From: Nitrososphaeria archaeon
GTDB taxonomy: Archaea; Thermoproteota; Nitrososphaeria; Nitrososphaerales; JAAOZN01
Assembly: GCA_029775855.1 (NCBI GenBank)
Contig: JARVJZ010000004.1
Span: forward strand, 146,288 to 210,287
DNA length: 64,000 nucleotides
Direction: 5' to 3'
Shown in pieces: positions 38,845 through 49,636 of this stretch (its first letter is position 1; the number at the start of each line of letters is the position of its first letter). The notes under the pieces were generated by a model. It saw nothing but the letters and a program-made list of their open reading frames with translations. It was not told the DNA's origin and ran no database searches. Position numbers and translations under genes: made by a program.

Positions 38845-39357
38845 CTAGTCTGTTAGGCTCACACCAAAGAGTTTTGTTATCATCCCGCTAAACGCGAACG
38901 ATGAAATCATATACCACCAAAATAGGTTCAGCTCAGGACCTATAGGGCCTCCGTTAGCCCCAAGTGGGATGGGGATGGGAACAGGTGAGACTGCTACTGT
39001 GCCTGGGCCGATTATGCCGTTTACAAGCCACCATAAGAGCATTAGCGGGATGAAGAATAGGAAGGTGACTTTAAGGTTGTCAGTTGCAACCTTGGCTTGC
39101 AGCTTATCCATCTGCGGCTTCTTCTTCTTGAGCTTCTCCTCCTTTGCTTTATTCCTCGTCATAATCGCTTCTCTGAGCTCCTTTTGATATTCTTTAAGTT
39201 CTGCTTGTATGCGTTTCATCTGCTCCACGTTGGTCAGCAGCCTCCGCCCAACCGCGTAGAGTATATTCACCCCCAAAGCCATCGCGATAACAACTAAGGT
39301 TGAGTAAGGTATGTGTGTGAATGTGTCGCCAAGTATCTGAAGCATAGCCGCAAACAA
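38845..39357 (-). CDS. EMC3/TMCO1 (DUF106, Oxa1 superfamily) membrane insertase
   Basis: TM, coiled coil, TM layout with WWYMISS motif; synteny with cmk. Confidence 0.85.
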   Translation of the reverse strand: MFAAMLQILGDTFTHIPYSTLVVIAMALGVNILYAVGRRLLTNVEQMKRIQAELKEYQKELREAIMTRNKAKEEKLKKKKPQMDKLQAKVATDNLKVTFLFFIPLMLLWWLVNGIIGPGTVAVSPVPIPIPLGANGGPIGPELNLFWWYMISSFAFSGMITKLFGVSLTD

Positions 39358-39513
39358 CCCCTTTTCTCTTACACAAACTAACCAGCGAATGTAGGCTAAT
39401 AAGGGTTACGCAAAGCAGTCTTGTAGGTAAGGTAAGTTATACAGCTTCGCATAGTGCTAACCATCTAGCTAATAGAAAGTCAGGTAGAAAACTTTTCCTT
39501 TAACTCCTCTACC

Positions 39514-39702
39514 TCAGCTTCTAAAATAGTTAAGCGCTGTATTCACATCTAACCGCTTCTCCAGACCCTCGAAGCTGCGTTCAAGAGCGTCCAGCCGCGC
39601 ATCAACAGCCTTAAAGCGCTCATCGACGGTAGTTCTCAAACCGTATACGCTTGTTCTTAAATCATCGATTCTCTTATTTATCTCTATCAACTCCTCCTTC
39701 AA
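39514..39702 (-). other. Short coiled-coil ORF, probable gene fragment
   Basis: Heptad repeats (INKRIDDL, VDERFKAV, LEKRLD) with no other domain; isolated in a 430-bp gap. Confidence 0.4.
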
Positions 39703-39786
39703 TAAAGCAAGATATGTTGAAAATATCTCCCACTCATAATCGTATGACCAACAAGCTTATTTCTCCAGCCTTACACTACTTGTTAA

Positions 39787-41376
39787 ATGCATCCTACTCA
39801 ACCCCTATTGGCCTCTGAAGGGATTGTTGCCTCAGCACACCCCTTAGCTTCACTCGCTGGGATTCGCGTAATGCAAGAGGGTGGGAATGCGTTTGATGCT
39901 GCTATAGCGGTTAACGCTGTGCTTAACGTCACTCAACCCCATATGTGCGGTATTGGTGGGGACATATTCTACCTTCTGTATTCTTCTGACGAGGGGTGTG
40001 TGCGCTTCCTTAATGGTAGCGGTAGGGCTGCTAAAAGAGCAAATATAGAATACTTTCTTCAACGCGGGCTAAAGAAAATTCCTTCCTACGGGCAGCTGGC
40101 TTGCGTGACTGTGCCTGGATGCGTTAGCGGTTGGGAAGCATTAAACAAAAAGTATGGCTCAAAGGGGTTAGGTGAACTTCTACGCTTCGCCATAGAATAC
40201 GCTCAAAAAGGAATTCCAGTAAGTAGAAACTTGGCTAACACTATCACACAAATCTCCAAAAGCGAAGCTTCCAGTAGCTGGTTTAAAGTGTATACGCCGA
40301 ACGGAAGGGCTCCTAGGGAAGGGGATATTTTGAAGCAAGAGGCTCTTAGTAGAAGTCTCAGAGTTGTTGCTGAAGGTGGTGCTGAAGCCTTTTACGCTAT
40401 GTTGGCTGAAGAGATCTCTGAGAATGAGCCTGAGATTCTGCTTACTGAAGAGGACTTTACTACGCATACATCGGATTGGGGTGAGCCGATTTCAACAGAG
40501 TATCGTGGATATGTTGTTTATGAGACGCCGCCTAACACGCAAGCCATCTCAACTCTAATTGCTTTAAATGTGTTAGAAGGCTTTGATCTAAGTGGAAAGG
40601 CTCATCATTCGGCTGAAACCATACACATCTTGGTCGAAGCCGTAAGGCTTGCATATGAAGATAGAGCCAGATACATAGCAGACCCAAGATTCATTGAAAT
40701 TCCTGTAGATTATCTACTTTCGAAAAAGCATGCATCTGATCTTAGGGGAAGAATATCTCTTAACCAAGCCTTACCCTATGCAGAAGAAGTTTGGACGAAT
40801 GAAGGAGATACGACCTACTTTGCTGTTGTAGATAAAGATAGGAACTGTGTCTCTTGTGTCCAAAGCCTATACCACCCCTTCGGCTCACGCGTAGTAGTTG
40901 GTAAAAGCGGTGTAGTATTGCATAACAGAGGCTCATACTTCACACTAGATCCTAAGCATCATAATAGGCTTGAACCTGGTAAGAGACCCTTCCACACGCT
41001 ATGCGCATCTATCACGTTTAAAGAAGAAGAGCCGCATATTATCTTAGGCTCTATGGGTGGAGATGGGCAACCGCAAACACATCTACAGATCCTATCCTCA
41101 ATCATAGACTATGGGTTGAATATTCAAGAAGCTATCTATAAACCAAGATGGGTTCTCCCCGGCACCATATATGAGAAGCATAAGATTCTGCTTTTGGAAG
41201 GGAGGTTTTCAAGCAGCGTGGTCGATGGGCTTAAGGCATTAGAGCATAAGGTTAGTGTAATAGAGCCATTCTCATCTATGATGGGGCACGCTCAAGGTGT
41301 TGTGATTAGCAACGGTGGTAAGGTAATACAAGGAGGCGCTGACCCACGAGGCGATGGGTTGGCGATAGGCTACTAA
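39787..41376 (+). CDS. ggt: Gamma-glutamyltransferase
   Basis: GGNAFDAA, GDTT (Thr nucleophile), KRPFHT, MGGDGQPQ and DPRGDG motifs. Confidence 0.93.
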   Translation: MHPTQPLLASEGIVASAHPLASLAGIRVMQEGGNAFDAAIAVNAVLNVTQPHMCGIGGDIFYLLYSSDEGCVRFLNGSGRAAKRANIEYFLQRGLKKIPSYGQLACVTVPGCVSGWEALNKKYGSKGLGELLRFAIEYAQKGIPVSRNLANTITQISKSEASSSWFKVYTPNGRAPREGDILKQEALSRSLRVVAEGGAEAFYAMLAEEISENEPEILLTEEDFTTHTSDWGEPISTEYRGYVVYETPPNTQAISTLIALNVLEGFDLSGKAHHSAETIHILVEAVRLAYEDRARYIADPRFIEIPVDYLLSKKHASDLRGRISLNQALPYAEEVWTNEGDTTYFAVVDKDRNCVSCVQSLYHPFGSRVVVGKSGVVLHNRGSYFTLDPKHHNRLEPGKRPFHTLCASITFKEEEPHIILGSMGGDGQPQTHLQILSSIIDYGLNIQEAIYKPRWVLPGTIYEKHKILLLEGRFSSSVVDGLKALEHKVSVIEPFSSMMGHAQGVVISNGGKVIQGGADPRGDGLAIGY

Positions 41377-41387
41377 GGTAATGCAAG

Positions 41388-42053
41388 ATGCCTAACATCG
41401 CTGCAGTAGTCTTCGATTTCGACGGCACACTTGTAGATGAAAGCAAAATCTTTGAACAATCTCTGATATACGCTTGCAAGGCAGTTGGTTTTACACTGTT
41501 AGGCAAAGGTGAGATTAAGCGCTTGGCTAAACAGCATCCAGACATCTATCTGCAGCGCGTAATACCTACTGACATAGCCGATAGAAATAAGCTTGTAGAG
41601 CGTTTTCTTAAATCATTTACAGAAGCATATGAGCGCAATGGGCATAAGCAAGCTAAACTCGTTAAGCACGCTAAACCGCTGTTGAGAGCGTTAAAGATGA
41701 GTGGTGTAAAGGTTGGTTTGATAACCCGGAGGATAACCTTGTGGCGTGCTGTGCCGGAAATACTTCAGATGTTCTCAATATCTACATTGGTGGATAGGTT
41801 AGTAACTTGCAGGGAAGCAGAGAGCAAAGTGGAGCAGCTAAGGATATGTCTAAAAGATCTTCAAGTAAAGGCTTCAGCATCATCAGTGGTAGGGGATACT
41901 GCTGAAGACATCTATGCTGGTAAAGCGGTTGGATGCTTAACCATAGCGTATACAAAGGGTTTCGGAAGCAAAATCGAGATTTTAAGAGCCGAACCAGACT
42001 ACCTTGTCGCAGACCTCATAGATGTGCTGCAAATACTTGCATCAATAAAGTAA
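41388..42053 (+). CDS. HAD-superfamily hydrolase
   Basis: DFDGT and GDTAED motifs. Confidence 0.85.
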   Translation: MPNIAAVVFDFDGTLVDESKIFEQSLIYACKAVGFTLLGKGEIKRLAKQHPDIYLQRVIPTDIADRNKLVERFLKSFTEAYERNGHKQAKLVKHAKPLLRALKMSGVKVGLITRRITLWRAVPEILQMFSISTLVDRLVTCREAESKVEQLRICLKDLQVKASASSVVGDTAEDIYAGKAVGCLTIAYTKGFGSKIEILRAEPDYLVADLIDVLQILASIK

Positions 42054-42087
42054 AGCCTAACTTCAACTTCCTACCTAGCTCTGGTGG

Positions 42088-42735
42088 ATGAGGACAGCAC
42101 GCTTATATTGGATAGACCCATATATCAGCGACTTTAACGCTAAAGTCGAATACATAAACGGTAAAGAAGTTGTGTTAGATGGCACCTACTTCTACCCTCA
42201 AGGCGGAGGACAGATCTATGATACTGGCACAATCTCAGAGATTAGAGTGGTAAAAGTTAGGAGAGAAGGCGACTTGATTATACACACACTCGAATCAGAA
42301 CCAAACTTTCAAGTAGGCAGTGTAGTGGAGTGTAAGGTTGACTGGAGTAGAAGATATAAGATAATGAAACTACATTCATCAGCCCACCTACTTTACTACG
42401 CCATGCAAGAAGAATTCGGCGAAGAATGCAGACCGGCAAGCCCAGGCTTGACGGATGATGTTAAATCGAGAGAAGACTACATCTTCAAAGAAAAGATAGA
42501 CCTACAGAGGCTTCGACGCGTTGAGGAGAAGGTGAACACTCTGATAGCAGCCAACCTAAACATACACACTTGGAGTGAGGGGGAGACAAGATACTGGAAG
42601 ATAGAACCCTATCCACCTATGCTGTGCGGAGGCACGCACCCAAAGAAGACTGGCGAAATAGGCGCAGTGAAAGTTAGCAGAGGAAAAAAGCCAGGGGCTG
42701 GAAAGGAGAGGATAGAAGTAACCTTACTAGCGTAA
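42088..42735 (+). CDS. alaXM: Free-standing alanyl-tRNA editing protein (AlaX-M)
   Basis: FYPQGGGQ, HSSAH and CGGTH motifs. Confidence 0.9.
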   Translation: MRTARLYWIDPYISDFNAKVEYINGKEVVLDGTYFYPQGGGQIYDTGTISEIRVVKVRREGDLIIHTLESEPNFQVGSVVECKVDWSRRYKIMKLHSSAHLLYYAMQEEFGEECRPASPGLTDDVKSREDYIFKEKIDLQRLRRVEEKVNTLIAANLNIHTWSEGETRYWKIEPYPPMLCGGTHPKKTGEIGAVKVSRGKKPGAGKERIEVTLLA

Positions 42736-42793
42736 AGATTACATTAAAGTTTATTTTCTTCACGGAAGTGGGTAGAGTGGAGCAACTCCAGAA

Positions 42794-42870
42794 GCCGCCG
42801 TAGCTCAGCGTGGTAGAGCAGCTGGCTGTTAACCAGTTGGTCGTCGGTTCAAGTCCGACCGGCGGCGCCA
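42794..42870 (+). tRNA. tRNA-Asn(GTT), intronless, CCA encoded
   Basis: GCCGCCG/CGGCGGC-G-CCA acceptor; GCTGG-CT GTT AA-CCAGT anticodon arm. Confidence 0.97.
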
Positions 42871-42938
42871 CCCTTTTTCAACTAGCTGTAAATTGCATCC
42901 TTAACCTTATATCTTACTGCTGTCTCGTCGCATATAGG

Positions 42939-43565
42939 ATGAATTCAGATGTGCTGTCGATCTTAACAAGCCGCTTCGAAGCGATTAAGAGTAGGGACGC
43001 TGAGAAGATCATGGGGTTGATAGAGCTGAGACGCTACACTAAGTTTGATGACTGGCCTCCTTTTAAGAGGATGAAGATGGATGGGTTTGAGGAGGAGAAA
43101 GCAGCTTTAAAGGTCTTGAAGGAGTATGTATATAAGATTGAGGAACCTATGATTGAAGTAAACGGAGACACAGCTTGGGCAACATTCTACTTGAGCTATG
43201 CTGGTGTTATTCGCGACATGGAATTCGCCATAAAATCAAGGGCAACAGTCATATTTGTGAAGACTCAAGGTGAGTGGAAGATCGTGCACGAGCACTACTC
43301 TAGGATTCCTGGTTTAGAGCCCACAGACTTGTTAAGAGGAGCTGAACAAATCAAGGTTGAGGAGGATCTGTTAGAGAAGAGGATTCTAGAGGCTTTGGCT
43401 GATGGTAGTGCTTTGACAGCTATAGAGATATCGGAGAGAATAGGCAAGGTTAGCGGGGAGAAGGTTGAGCCCTCTGAAGTTGCTAGAAAGTGCAGAGAAC
43501 TTGTGGAGAGGAAAAAGCTTGAAAAAGAAGGTTTTCTGCAGCCTAAGTATAGGCTGAAGCGGTAA
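42939..43565 (+). CDS. SnoaL/NTF2-like domain fused to C-terminal winged HTH (start revised to ATG 42939)
   Basis: RATVIFVK..GEWKIVHEHYS NTF2 motif; ILEALA..LTAIEISE..CRELVE HTH; the ORF-track 5' part overlaps tRNA-Asn. Confidence 0.75.
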   Translation: MNSDVLSILTSRFEAIKSRDAEKIMGLIELRRYTKFDDWPPFKRMKMDGFEEEKAALKVLKEYVYKIEEPMIEVNGDTAWATFYLSYAGVIRDMEFAIKSRATVIFVKTQGEWKIVHEHYSRIPGLEPTDLLRGAEQIKVEEDLLEKRILEALADGSALTAIEISERIGKVSGEKVEPSEVARKCRELVERKKLEKEGFLQPKYRLKR

Positions 43566-43580
43566 GGTGAGGAAGCAGAC

Positions 43581-44429
43581 TTGACTCCAAAGAGTGATGA
43601 TGTAGCGGCTGCGTATAATATACCGCGCCCTAAAGAATATTTGATGAAGGCATCTAGAATAGTAGTCAAGGTCGGCACAAGCAACCTAACCGAAGAAGAC
43701 TCAAAGATAAGTGAAGCGAAGATCAAAAGGCTTGTCGACACTATTATGGCTTTAAAGAGAGAAGGGCGTGAAGTCTTTTTAGTCACCTCAGGCGCTATAG
43801 CTTCAGGCTTAGGCGCATTAGGTTTAAAGGCACGCCCTAGGCAGATGCCTTTTCTACAAGCAGCTGCTTCTATAGGTCAGAGCATACTTATGAAGACTTA
43901 TGCTGAACACTTTGCCAAGTATAATCAGATGGTAGCCCAACTTCTCCTAACAAAGGAGGACTTTATGGATGAGCATAGACATCAGAATCTCATGAATACT
44001 CTGGAGGCTCTAATAACTTGGGGTGTGCTTCCGATAGTGAATGAAAATGATACTGTTGCTGTAGATGAAATTAGATTTGGAGATAACGATAACCTCGCCG
44101 CACTGCTAAGTATAAGTGTTAAAGCAGACCTTCTTGTGCTGCTTTCAGACGTAGATGGTATATACACCAGCGACCCTAATTTAACATCTGCATCTAAACC
44201 CATACGCACTTTAACCTCTGTGACACCCGAGTTGGAGGCTATGGCTGGAGGGGCGCATAGAGGTTCAGGTGGGCTGATAACCAAATTACAGGCAGCAAAG
44301 GTAACTCTACAAGCTGGTATACCTATGGCAATCGTAAACGGTGAAGAGCCTAACGCCATCCAAATGCTTCTTAGAGGCGAGATGATTGGTACATTATTTG
44401 TGCCTATGAGTCTGGTGAAGGTGAGTTGA
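43581..44429 (+). CDS. proB: Glutamate 5-kinase (no PUA domain)
   Basis: VVKVGT, TSGA, NEND and FGDND motifs. Confidence 0.93.
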   Translation: MTPKSDDVAAAYNIPRPKEYLMKASRIVVKVGTSNLTEEDSKISEAKIKRLVDTIMALKREGREVFLVTSGAIASGLGALGLKARPRQMPFLQAAASIGQSILMKTYAEHFAKYNQMVAQLLLTKEDFMDEHRHQNLMNTLEALITWGVLPIVNENDTVAVDEIRFGDNDNLAALLSISVKADLLVLLSDVDGIYTSDPNLTSASKPIRTLTSVTPELEAMAGGAHRGSGGLITKLQAAKVTLQAGIPMAIVNGEEPNAIQMLLRGEMIGTLFVPMSLVKVS

Positions 44430-45754
44430 GCACCGTTAGAGAATTGGCGTTAGAGGCTAGAAGAGCGTTTTACGAGTTAGCGAAGCTGCCACGCTCCACT
44501 AAAGATAAGGCTCTAATGGAGATGGCTGATACGATATGGAGAGAGAAGGATAGGCTACTTGAGGCTGCTTTAACAGATGTTAAATCAGCTCAAGCAGAGG
44601 TCGAGGCTGGTAGGCTTACAAAGCCTGTCTTGGAGCGGCTTAAGCTAGATGAGGTAAAGCTGAAGGCTATAGTCGATATGGTTAAAAGCGTTGCTGCACT
44701 CGACGACCCAGTCGGTAAGACTCTTTACGCTGTTGAGTTAGATGACGGCTTTGAACTCTATAAAGTGACTTGCCCACTTGGCGTCATAGGTGTAGTCTTT
44801 GAGGCGAGACCGGATGTGCTACCTCAGATTTCAAGTCTATGCCTAAAGTCTGGTAATGCGGTTATACTAAAAGGTGGGCGTGAAGCAGCGAATATAAACC
44901 GCGCGCTCTACACAGTCATCAAAGAATCTACAGAGAGAGTAGGCATCCCAAGAGGTTGGATTCAACTCCTAGAAGCTAGAGAAGAAATCATGGAGCTTTT
45001 AAAGCAAGATGATTTAGTTGATCTGATCGTGCCAAGAGGAAGTAATGAGTTCGTCAGATTCGTGCAGGAGAACACACGGATACCAGTCTTAGGGCACTCA
45101 TCTGGTGTATGCCAGATATATGTGGATAAGGCTGCTGATATTACTAAGGCAGTTGAGGTGTGTTTCGATGCGAAAGTGCAGTATCCTGCGGTCTGTAATG
45201 CCGTTGAATGCATACTGGTGCATAAAGATGTTGCACACACATTCCTACCCAAGTTGGCTGAATGGTTCTCGAAGGCTGGTGTTGAGATGAGATGCTGCCC
45301 AAGGGCTAAGGAAGCTTTAAGCGGTTTTAATGTTAGAGATGCTACAGAAGAAGACTGGGGCCGTGAATACTTAGATTTGAAGGTCGCTTTAAGAGTAGTA
45401 GATTCTTTGGAGGAAGCAGTTGACTACATAAATAAATACGGCTCCAAACACACAGATGCTATAATAACTGAAGACCGCTCTGCAGCCTCAAGATTTATAG
45501 CTGGTGTGGACTCGTCAACGGTGATACACAACGCTTCAACGCGTTTCAGCGACGGCTACAGATTCGGCTTAGGCGCAGAAGTAGGAATAAGCACAAGCAA
45601 GATACACGCAAGAGGACCAGTAGGGCTAGAAGGGCTAGTAACATACAAATACATCCTATTAGGAGACGGGCAGAAAGTTTCAACATATATAGGTGCTAAC
45701 GCAAAGAAGTTCAAGCATAAGCGTTTAGATAAAACGTGGACGCCAAGCGAATAG
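44426..45754 (+). CDS. proA: Gamma-glutamyl phosphate reductase
   Basis: FEARP, LKGG, VCNAVE, NASTRFSDG and HARGPVG motifs. Confidence 0.95.
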   Translation: MSTVRELALEARRAFYELAKLPRSTKDKALMEMADTIWREKDRLLEAALTDVKSAQAEVEAGRLTKPVLERLKLDEVKLKAIVDMVKSVAALDDPVGKTLYAVELDDGFELYKVTCPLGVIGVVFEARPDVLPQISSLCLKSGNAVILKGGREAANINRALYTVIKESTERVGIPRGWIQLLEAREEIMELLKQDDLVDLIVPRGSNEFVRFVQENTRIPVLGHSSGVCQIYVDKAADITKAVEVCFDAKVQYPAVCNAVECILVHKDVAHTFLPKLAEWFSKAGVEMRCCPRAKEALSGFNVRDATEEDWGREYLDLKVALRVVDSLEEAVDYINKYGSKHTDAIITEDRSAASRFIAGVDSSTVIHNASTRFSDGYRFGLGAEVGISTSKIHARGPVGLEGLVTYKYILLGDGQKVSTYIGANAKKFKHKRLDKTWTPSE

Positions 45755-45799
45755 ATAGAAGTTATATACACCACATTAGGAAGCCCTACTTGAATAAAC

Positions 45800-47038
45800 T
45801 TGCCGAGTAAAATAGCAGACCCATCCTTAGCGAAGAAAGGCGAACTATCATATAATTGGGCTTACAACCACATGCCAACCTTAACAACTATAATAGAACG
45901 TGAAGTATCTAAGAAACCTCTTTTTGGCAGAAGAGTTGGTGTATGTCTTCACGTTACAAAAGAGACATCTGTTCTCGTTATGGGTTTGGCTAGGCTTGGT
46001 GCTGAAGTCTACCTTACCGCTGCTAATCCACTATCAACACAAGACGACATAGCAGCTTACTTAGCCTCACAAGGCATAAACGTGTATGCTTGGCGAGGCG
46101 AAAAGCCTGAAGAATACTATGACTGCATACGACAAGTGTTATCATCAAACATAGAGTTTCTTATGGACGATGGTGCAGATGCCCACGCAGAAGCCCATAA
46201 GATAGGAGTAAGAGGAATATTTGGTGGAACCGAGGAGACTACGACTGGTGTAATTAGGCTTAAGGCTCTTGAGAGGGAGAGGTTACTTAAATACCCAGTA
46301 ATAGCAGTTAACAACGCCTACACAAAGTATCTATTCGATAACAGATACGGCACAGGTCAAAGCGTCATAGACAGCATTATGAGGGCTACAAGCTTACTTT
46401 TGGCTGGAAAGACGGTTGTTGTATGTGGCTATGGTTGGGTTGGAAGAGGGATTGCGAAGAGGGCTAGAGGAATGGATGCACATGTGATAGTGACTGAAGT
46501 TGATCCTCTTAAGGCTCTGGAAGCACATATGGACGGCTACGAAGTTATGCCCATATCTAAAGCTGCTGAGGTAGGGGACTTATTCATCACAGCAACAGGT
46601 CAAACTGGTGTGATTAGAGGAGAGCATATAGAGAAGATGAAGAGCGGAGCCATACTCGCAAACGGCGGGCACTTTGATGTAGAAATAGATGTAAAATACC
46701 TAAACTCAGCTGCAACCTCTAAAGTTGAAGTCAGACCATACACAGAAGAATATAGGCTTAAGAGCGGTAAGAGAATCTACCTAATCGGACAAGGCAGAAT
46801 CTCTAATTTAGTAGCGGCTGAAGGACACCCTCCAGATGTGATGATGATGTCCTTCTCGAACCAGCTCCTATCCCTACTTCATCTTACCAAGAACCATAAA
46901 GAGATGCAGGCGAAGGTTTATGATGTGCCCCAAAGCATAGATCAGCAAGTAGCTAGAACAACCTTAGAGGCGCTAGGCATAGAGATAGATGAGATGACAG
47001 AAGAACAGAAGAAGTATGCTGAAACTTGGCTCTTATGA
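45800..47038 (+). CDS. ahcY: S-adenosylhomocysteine hydrolase
   Basis: NPLSTQD, EETTTG, KYLFDNRYGTGQS, GYGWVG and GHP motifs. Confidence 0.95.
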   Translation: MPSKIADPSLAKKGELSYNWAYNHMPTLTTIIEREVSKKPLFGRRVGVCLHVTKETSVLVMGLARLGAEVYLTAANPLSTQDDIAAYLASQGINVYAWRGEKPEEYYDCIRQVLSSNIEFLMDDGADAHAEAHKIGVRGIFGGTEETTTGVIRLKALERERLLKYPVIAVNNAYTKYLFDNRYGTGQSVIDSIMRATSLLLAGKTVVVCGYGWVGRGIAKRARGMDAHVIVTEVDPLKALEAHMDGYEVMPISKAAEVGDLFITATGQTGVIRGEHIEKMKSGAILANGGHFDVEIDVKYLNSAATSKVEVRPYTEEYRLKSGKRIYLIGQGRISNLVAAEGHPPDVMMMSFSNQLLSLLHLTKNHKEMQAKVYDVPQSIDQQVARTTLEALGIEIDEMTEEQKKYAETWLL

Positions 47039-47057
47039 CCTAAATGTGAAACTCTAA

Positions 47058-48716
47058 ATGGGCAGCGAAAAGATCGTCATCACAAGCGCACTACCATACG
47101 CAAATGGTGAAATTCACCTAGGGCACGTTGTCTCCACATATTTACCCGCAGATATCTACGCAAGATTCTGCAGAATGAAGGGCTACGACGTTGTGTTCAC
47201 ATGCGCCACAGACGACTATGGCACCCCCATTCTCATAAGAGCGGAGCAAGAGGGGAAGACACCAAGGGAGTATGTGGAATACTGGAATAAAAGAGACCTC
47301 GAAGACTTTACGAAGCTAGGCATAACATTTGACATCTTCTACAAAACATCTTCAGAAGAAAACTTAAAACTTACGCAATACTTCTTCCTAAGATTATATG
47401 AAAAAGGCTACATCTATAGCGCGGAAGTTGAGCAACCATACTGTAAAAATGATAAAAAGTTTCTACCAGACCGATATGTAGTTGGTAGGTGCCCATACTG
47501 CGGCGCAGAAAACCAATATTCTGACGGCTGTGAAGTTTGCGGGCGAACCTTTGCTGCTGGTGAAATTAAGGAGCCAAAGTGTATACTTTGCGGCACACCA
47601 CCAACCACGAAAAGAAGCGTACATTACTTCTTTAGACTCTCACAATTCTCAGAGCGGTTAAAGGCTTGGCTTGAAGGAAACACCAATCTCCAAACCGAGG
47701 TTAAGAACTATGTGTTAAGATGGATTGAAACAGGGCTTAAAGATTGGGACATAACTCGAGACATCTCTTGGGGTGTCCCTATACCGCTGAAGGAGGCTGA
47801 GGGGAAGGTTCTTTACGGCTGGTTTGATAACCATTTATGCTACATTTCTACTACAATCAAATACCTTGAGGAGAAGGGTATTGATGGTAAGAAGTTTTGG
47901 AATTCAGCCAAGATTTTACATTTTATAGGCAAAGATATCGTCTATCACCACTACCTATTCTTACCAGCGATGAGAATGGGGTTAGATGAAGAATACGCTC
48001 TACCATATGCTATACCAACAAGGGGGCATCTACTACTTCAAGGCCAAAAATTCTCTAAAAGTAGAGGATGGTATGTGAGTCTAAGAGAGTTCCTTGAATA
48101 CTTCCCAGCAGACTACCTAAGGTATTACCTCGCATCTATCACGCCTTATAGCCAAGCAGATGTAAATTTCGATTGGCGGGAGTTCGCTGCCAAGATTAAT
48201 AATGAGTTGGTTGCTAACATAGGCAATTTTGTGTATCGCGTGCTCAGCTTTATATATAGTAGATTTGAAGCAACGGTACCTCAACCTAAGGAGCCAGATG
48301 AACTTGACACAGAACTGATAGATAGAATCAAGTCTACCACGGTAAATGTAGGCTCACATATCGAGAAGAATGAGTTAGATAGAGGGTTAAAGAGTATAGT
48401 AGAGCTTTCAGCATTCTGCAACCAATATTTTCAAAGAAAGGAGCCTTGGAAACAGAGTGAAAAAGCTGCGAACTGCCTATATTATTCAGTAAATGCAACA
48501 CGGAGCCTAGCAATACTCCTACACCCCTACATACCATACTCAACAGAAGAACTTTGGAGGCAACTTTCATTAGGAGGTAAGCTGGACCTACAGAGTTGGG
48601 ATTCAGCAAAAGAACTTCTGATTAAAGGGAACCATAAGATTTCGAAACCTAGAGTTCTGTTTAGGAAGATTGCTGAGGAAGAATTGGAACCTTGGTTAGA
48701 AAGGTTAAAGAAGTAG
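47058..48716 (+). CDS. metG: Methionyl-tRNA synthetase catalytic/anticodon subunit
   Basis: PYANG..HLGH, Zn knuckles and KFSKS; lacks the C-terminal OB domain. Confidence 0.95.
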   Translation: MGSEKIVITSALPYANGEIHLGHVVSTYLPADIYARFCRMKGYDVVFTCATDDYGTPILIRAEQEGKTPREYVEYWNKRDLEDFTKLGITFDIFYKTSSEENLKLTQYFFLRLYEKGYIYSAEVEQPYCKNDKKFLPDRYVVGRCPYCGAENQYSDGCEVCGRTFAAGEIKEPKCILCGTPPTTKRSVHYFFRLSQFSERLKAWLEGNTNLQTEVKNYVLRWIETGLKDWDITRDISWGVPIPLKEAEGKVLYGWFDNHLCYISTTIKYLEEKGIDGKKFWNSAKILHFIGKDIVYHHYLFLPAMRMGLDEEYALPYAIPTRGHLLLQGQKFSKSRGWYVSLREFLEYFPADYLRYYLASITPYSQADVNFDWREFAAKINNELVANIGNFVYRVLSFIYSRFEATVPQPKEPDELDTELIDRIKSTTVNVGSHIEKNELDRGLKSIVELSAFCNQYFQRKEPWKQSEKAANCLYYSVNATRSLAILLHPYIPYSTEELWRQLSLGGKLDLQSWDSAKELLIKGNHKISKPRVLFRKIAEEELEPWLERLKK

Positions 48717-48784
48717 GAAGCTGTCGACGACCTTTAAATGCGGCTAATGTCGTTAAGAGTTTAATTCTTTAGGGATGTGTTGAT

Positions 48785-49156
48785 TTGAGCTGGAAGGAAA
48801 CTGCCCAAGAGGTTGAAGAAGTGTATGCTGAAGCTCGAAAATCATTAGGGAGGATTAGACCTGCTGAGCTTGAGCGTAAACTGAAGCTAAAGGGTTGGAG
48901 GTTCATACAGCCCCTATCTGTAGGTGATGACCTATCTGTGGTGTTGAAACTTAGCTTTAAGCAGCCAAAGAGGGAGGTGATTGAGAGTTTTGCAGCAGCC
49001 TTTGGATTGAAATTAGGTGCGATAAAATCATTTGACCAAGTCTTGGTGTCTGAGGGTGGAGGATATGTTGGTATAGGTGGTGGGATTATGAGAATATCAC
49101 CAAAGTTCCCGAGTGAATTATTAACCGAAGCATTGAGATTACTCCTCAGTTCATAG
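48785..49156 (+). CDS. Hypothetical protein
   Basis: Co-oriented 123-aa ORF with host-like composition; no recognised motif. Confidence 0.6.
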   Translation: MSWKETAQEVEEVYAEARKSLGRIRPAELERKLKLKGWRFIQPLSVGDDLSVVLKLSFKQPKREVIESFAAAFGLKLGAIKSFDQVLVSEGGGYVGIGGGIMRISPKFPSELLTEALRLLLSS

Positions 49157-49244
49157 GTTGAAGTGAACCTTCTCCTGCTCTTCAATCGAATACGCTACTC
49201 TTTGCAAATCCTTTTAAACCTCATAGAACCATAGATACATCGCC

Positions 49245-49577
49245 TTGGCATCAAAGACTGTGTCATTTGAAGAGTTTTCCAAGATAGATATGCGAATAGG
49301 ACGTATCGTTGACGCTGAGCTTGTCCCCAACTCTAAGAAGCTTTTGAAGTTGAAGATAGATTTAGGGGGCGTTGTGAAGCAGTCGGTAGCTGGGTTAGGG
49401 GATCAGTATAAGCCAGAGGAGTTAAAGTCAAAACTTGTTGCTGTAGTGACGAATCTAGCGCCTCGGAAAATCTTCGGGTTGGACTCAGAGGTTATGTTGC
49501 TTGCTGCTGTAGATGGCGATAAAGTGTCTATCCTTCAACCGGATAAGCAGCCAAGAGAAGGCAGCAAAATAACTTAG
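49245..49577 (+). CDS. MetRS C-terminal/Trbp111-CsaA-like tRNA-binding OB protein
   Basis: FEEFSKIDMRIG, KLLKL, NLAPRK and SEVMLLA motifs. Confidence 0.9.
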   Translation: MASKTVSFEEFSKIDMRIGRIVDAELVPNSKKLLKLKIDLGGVVKQSVAGLGDQYKPEELKSKLVAVVTNLAPRKIFGLDSEVMLLAAVDGDKVSILQPDKQPREGSKIT

Positions 49578-49636
49578 ATTTAAAACAGTCAACATACTTT
49601 ATATAGCTCTGCGGTCTTACGGATAAAGAGTGTAGC

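Noticed and set aside
42810-42938. 5' extension of the 251-aa ORF and antisense ORF 42674-42871
   Set aside because: Both overlap tRNA-Asn and are read-through artefacts.
47058-49577. metG split into two genes
   Set aside because: A separately encoded C-terminal OB domain is common in TACK archaea; this is not a disruption.
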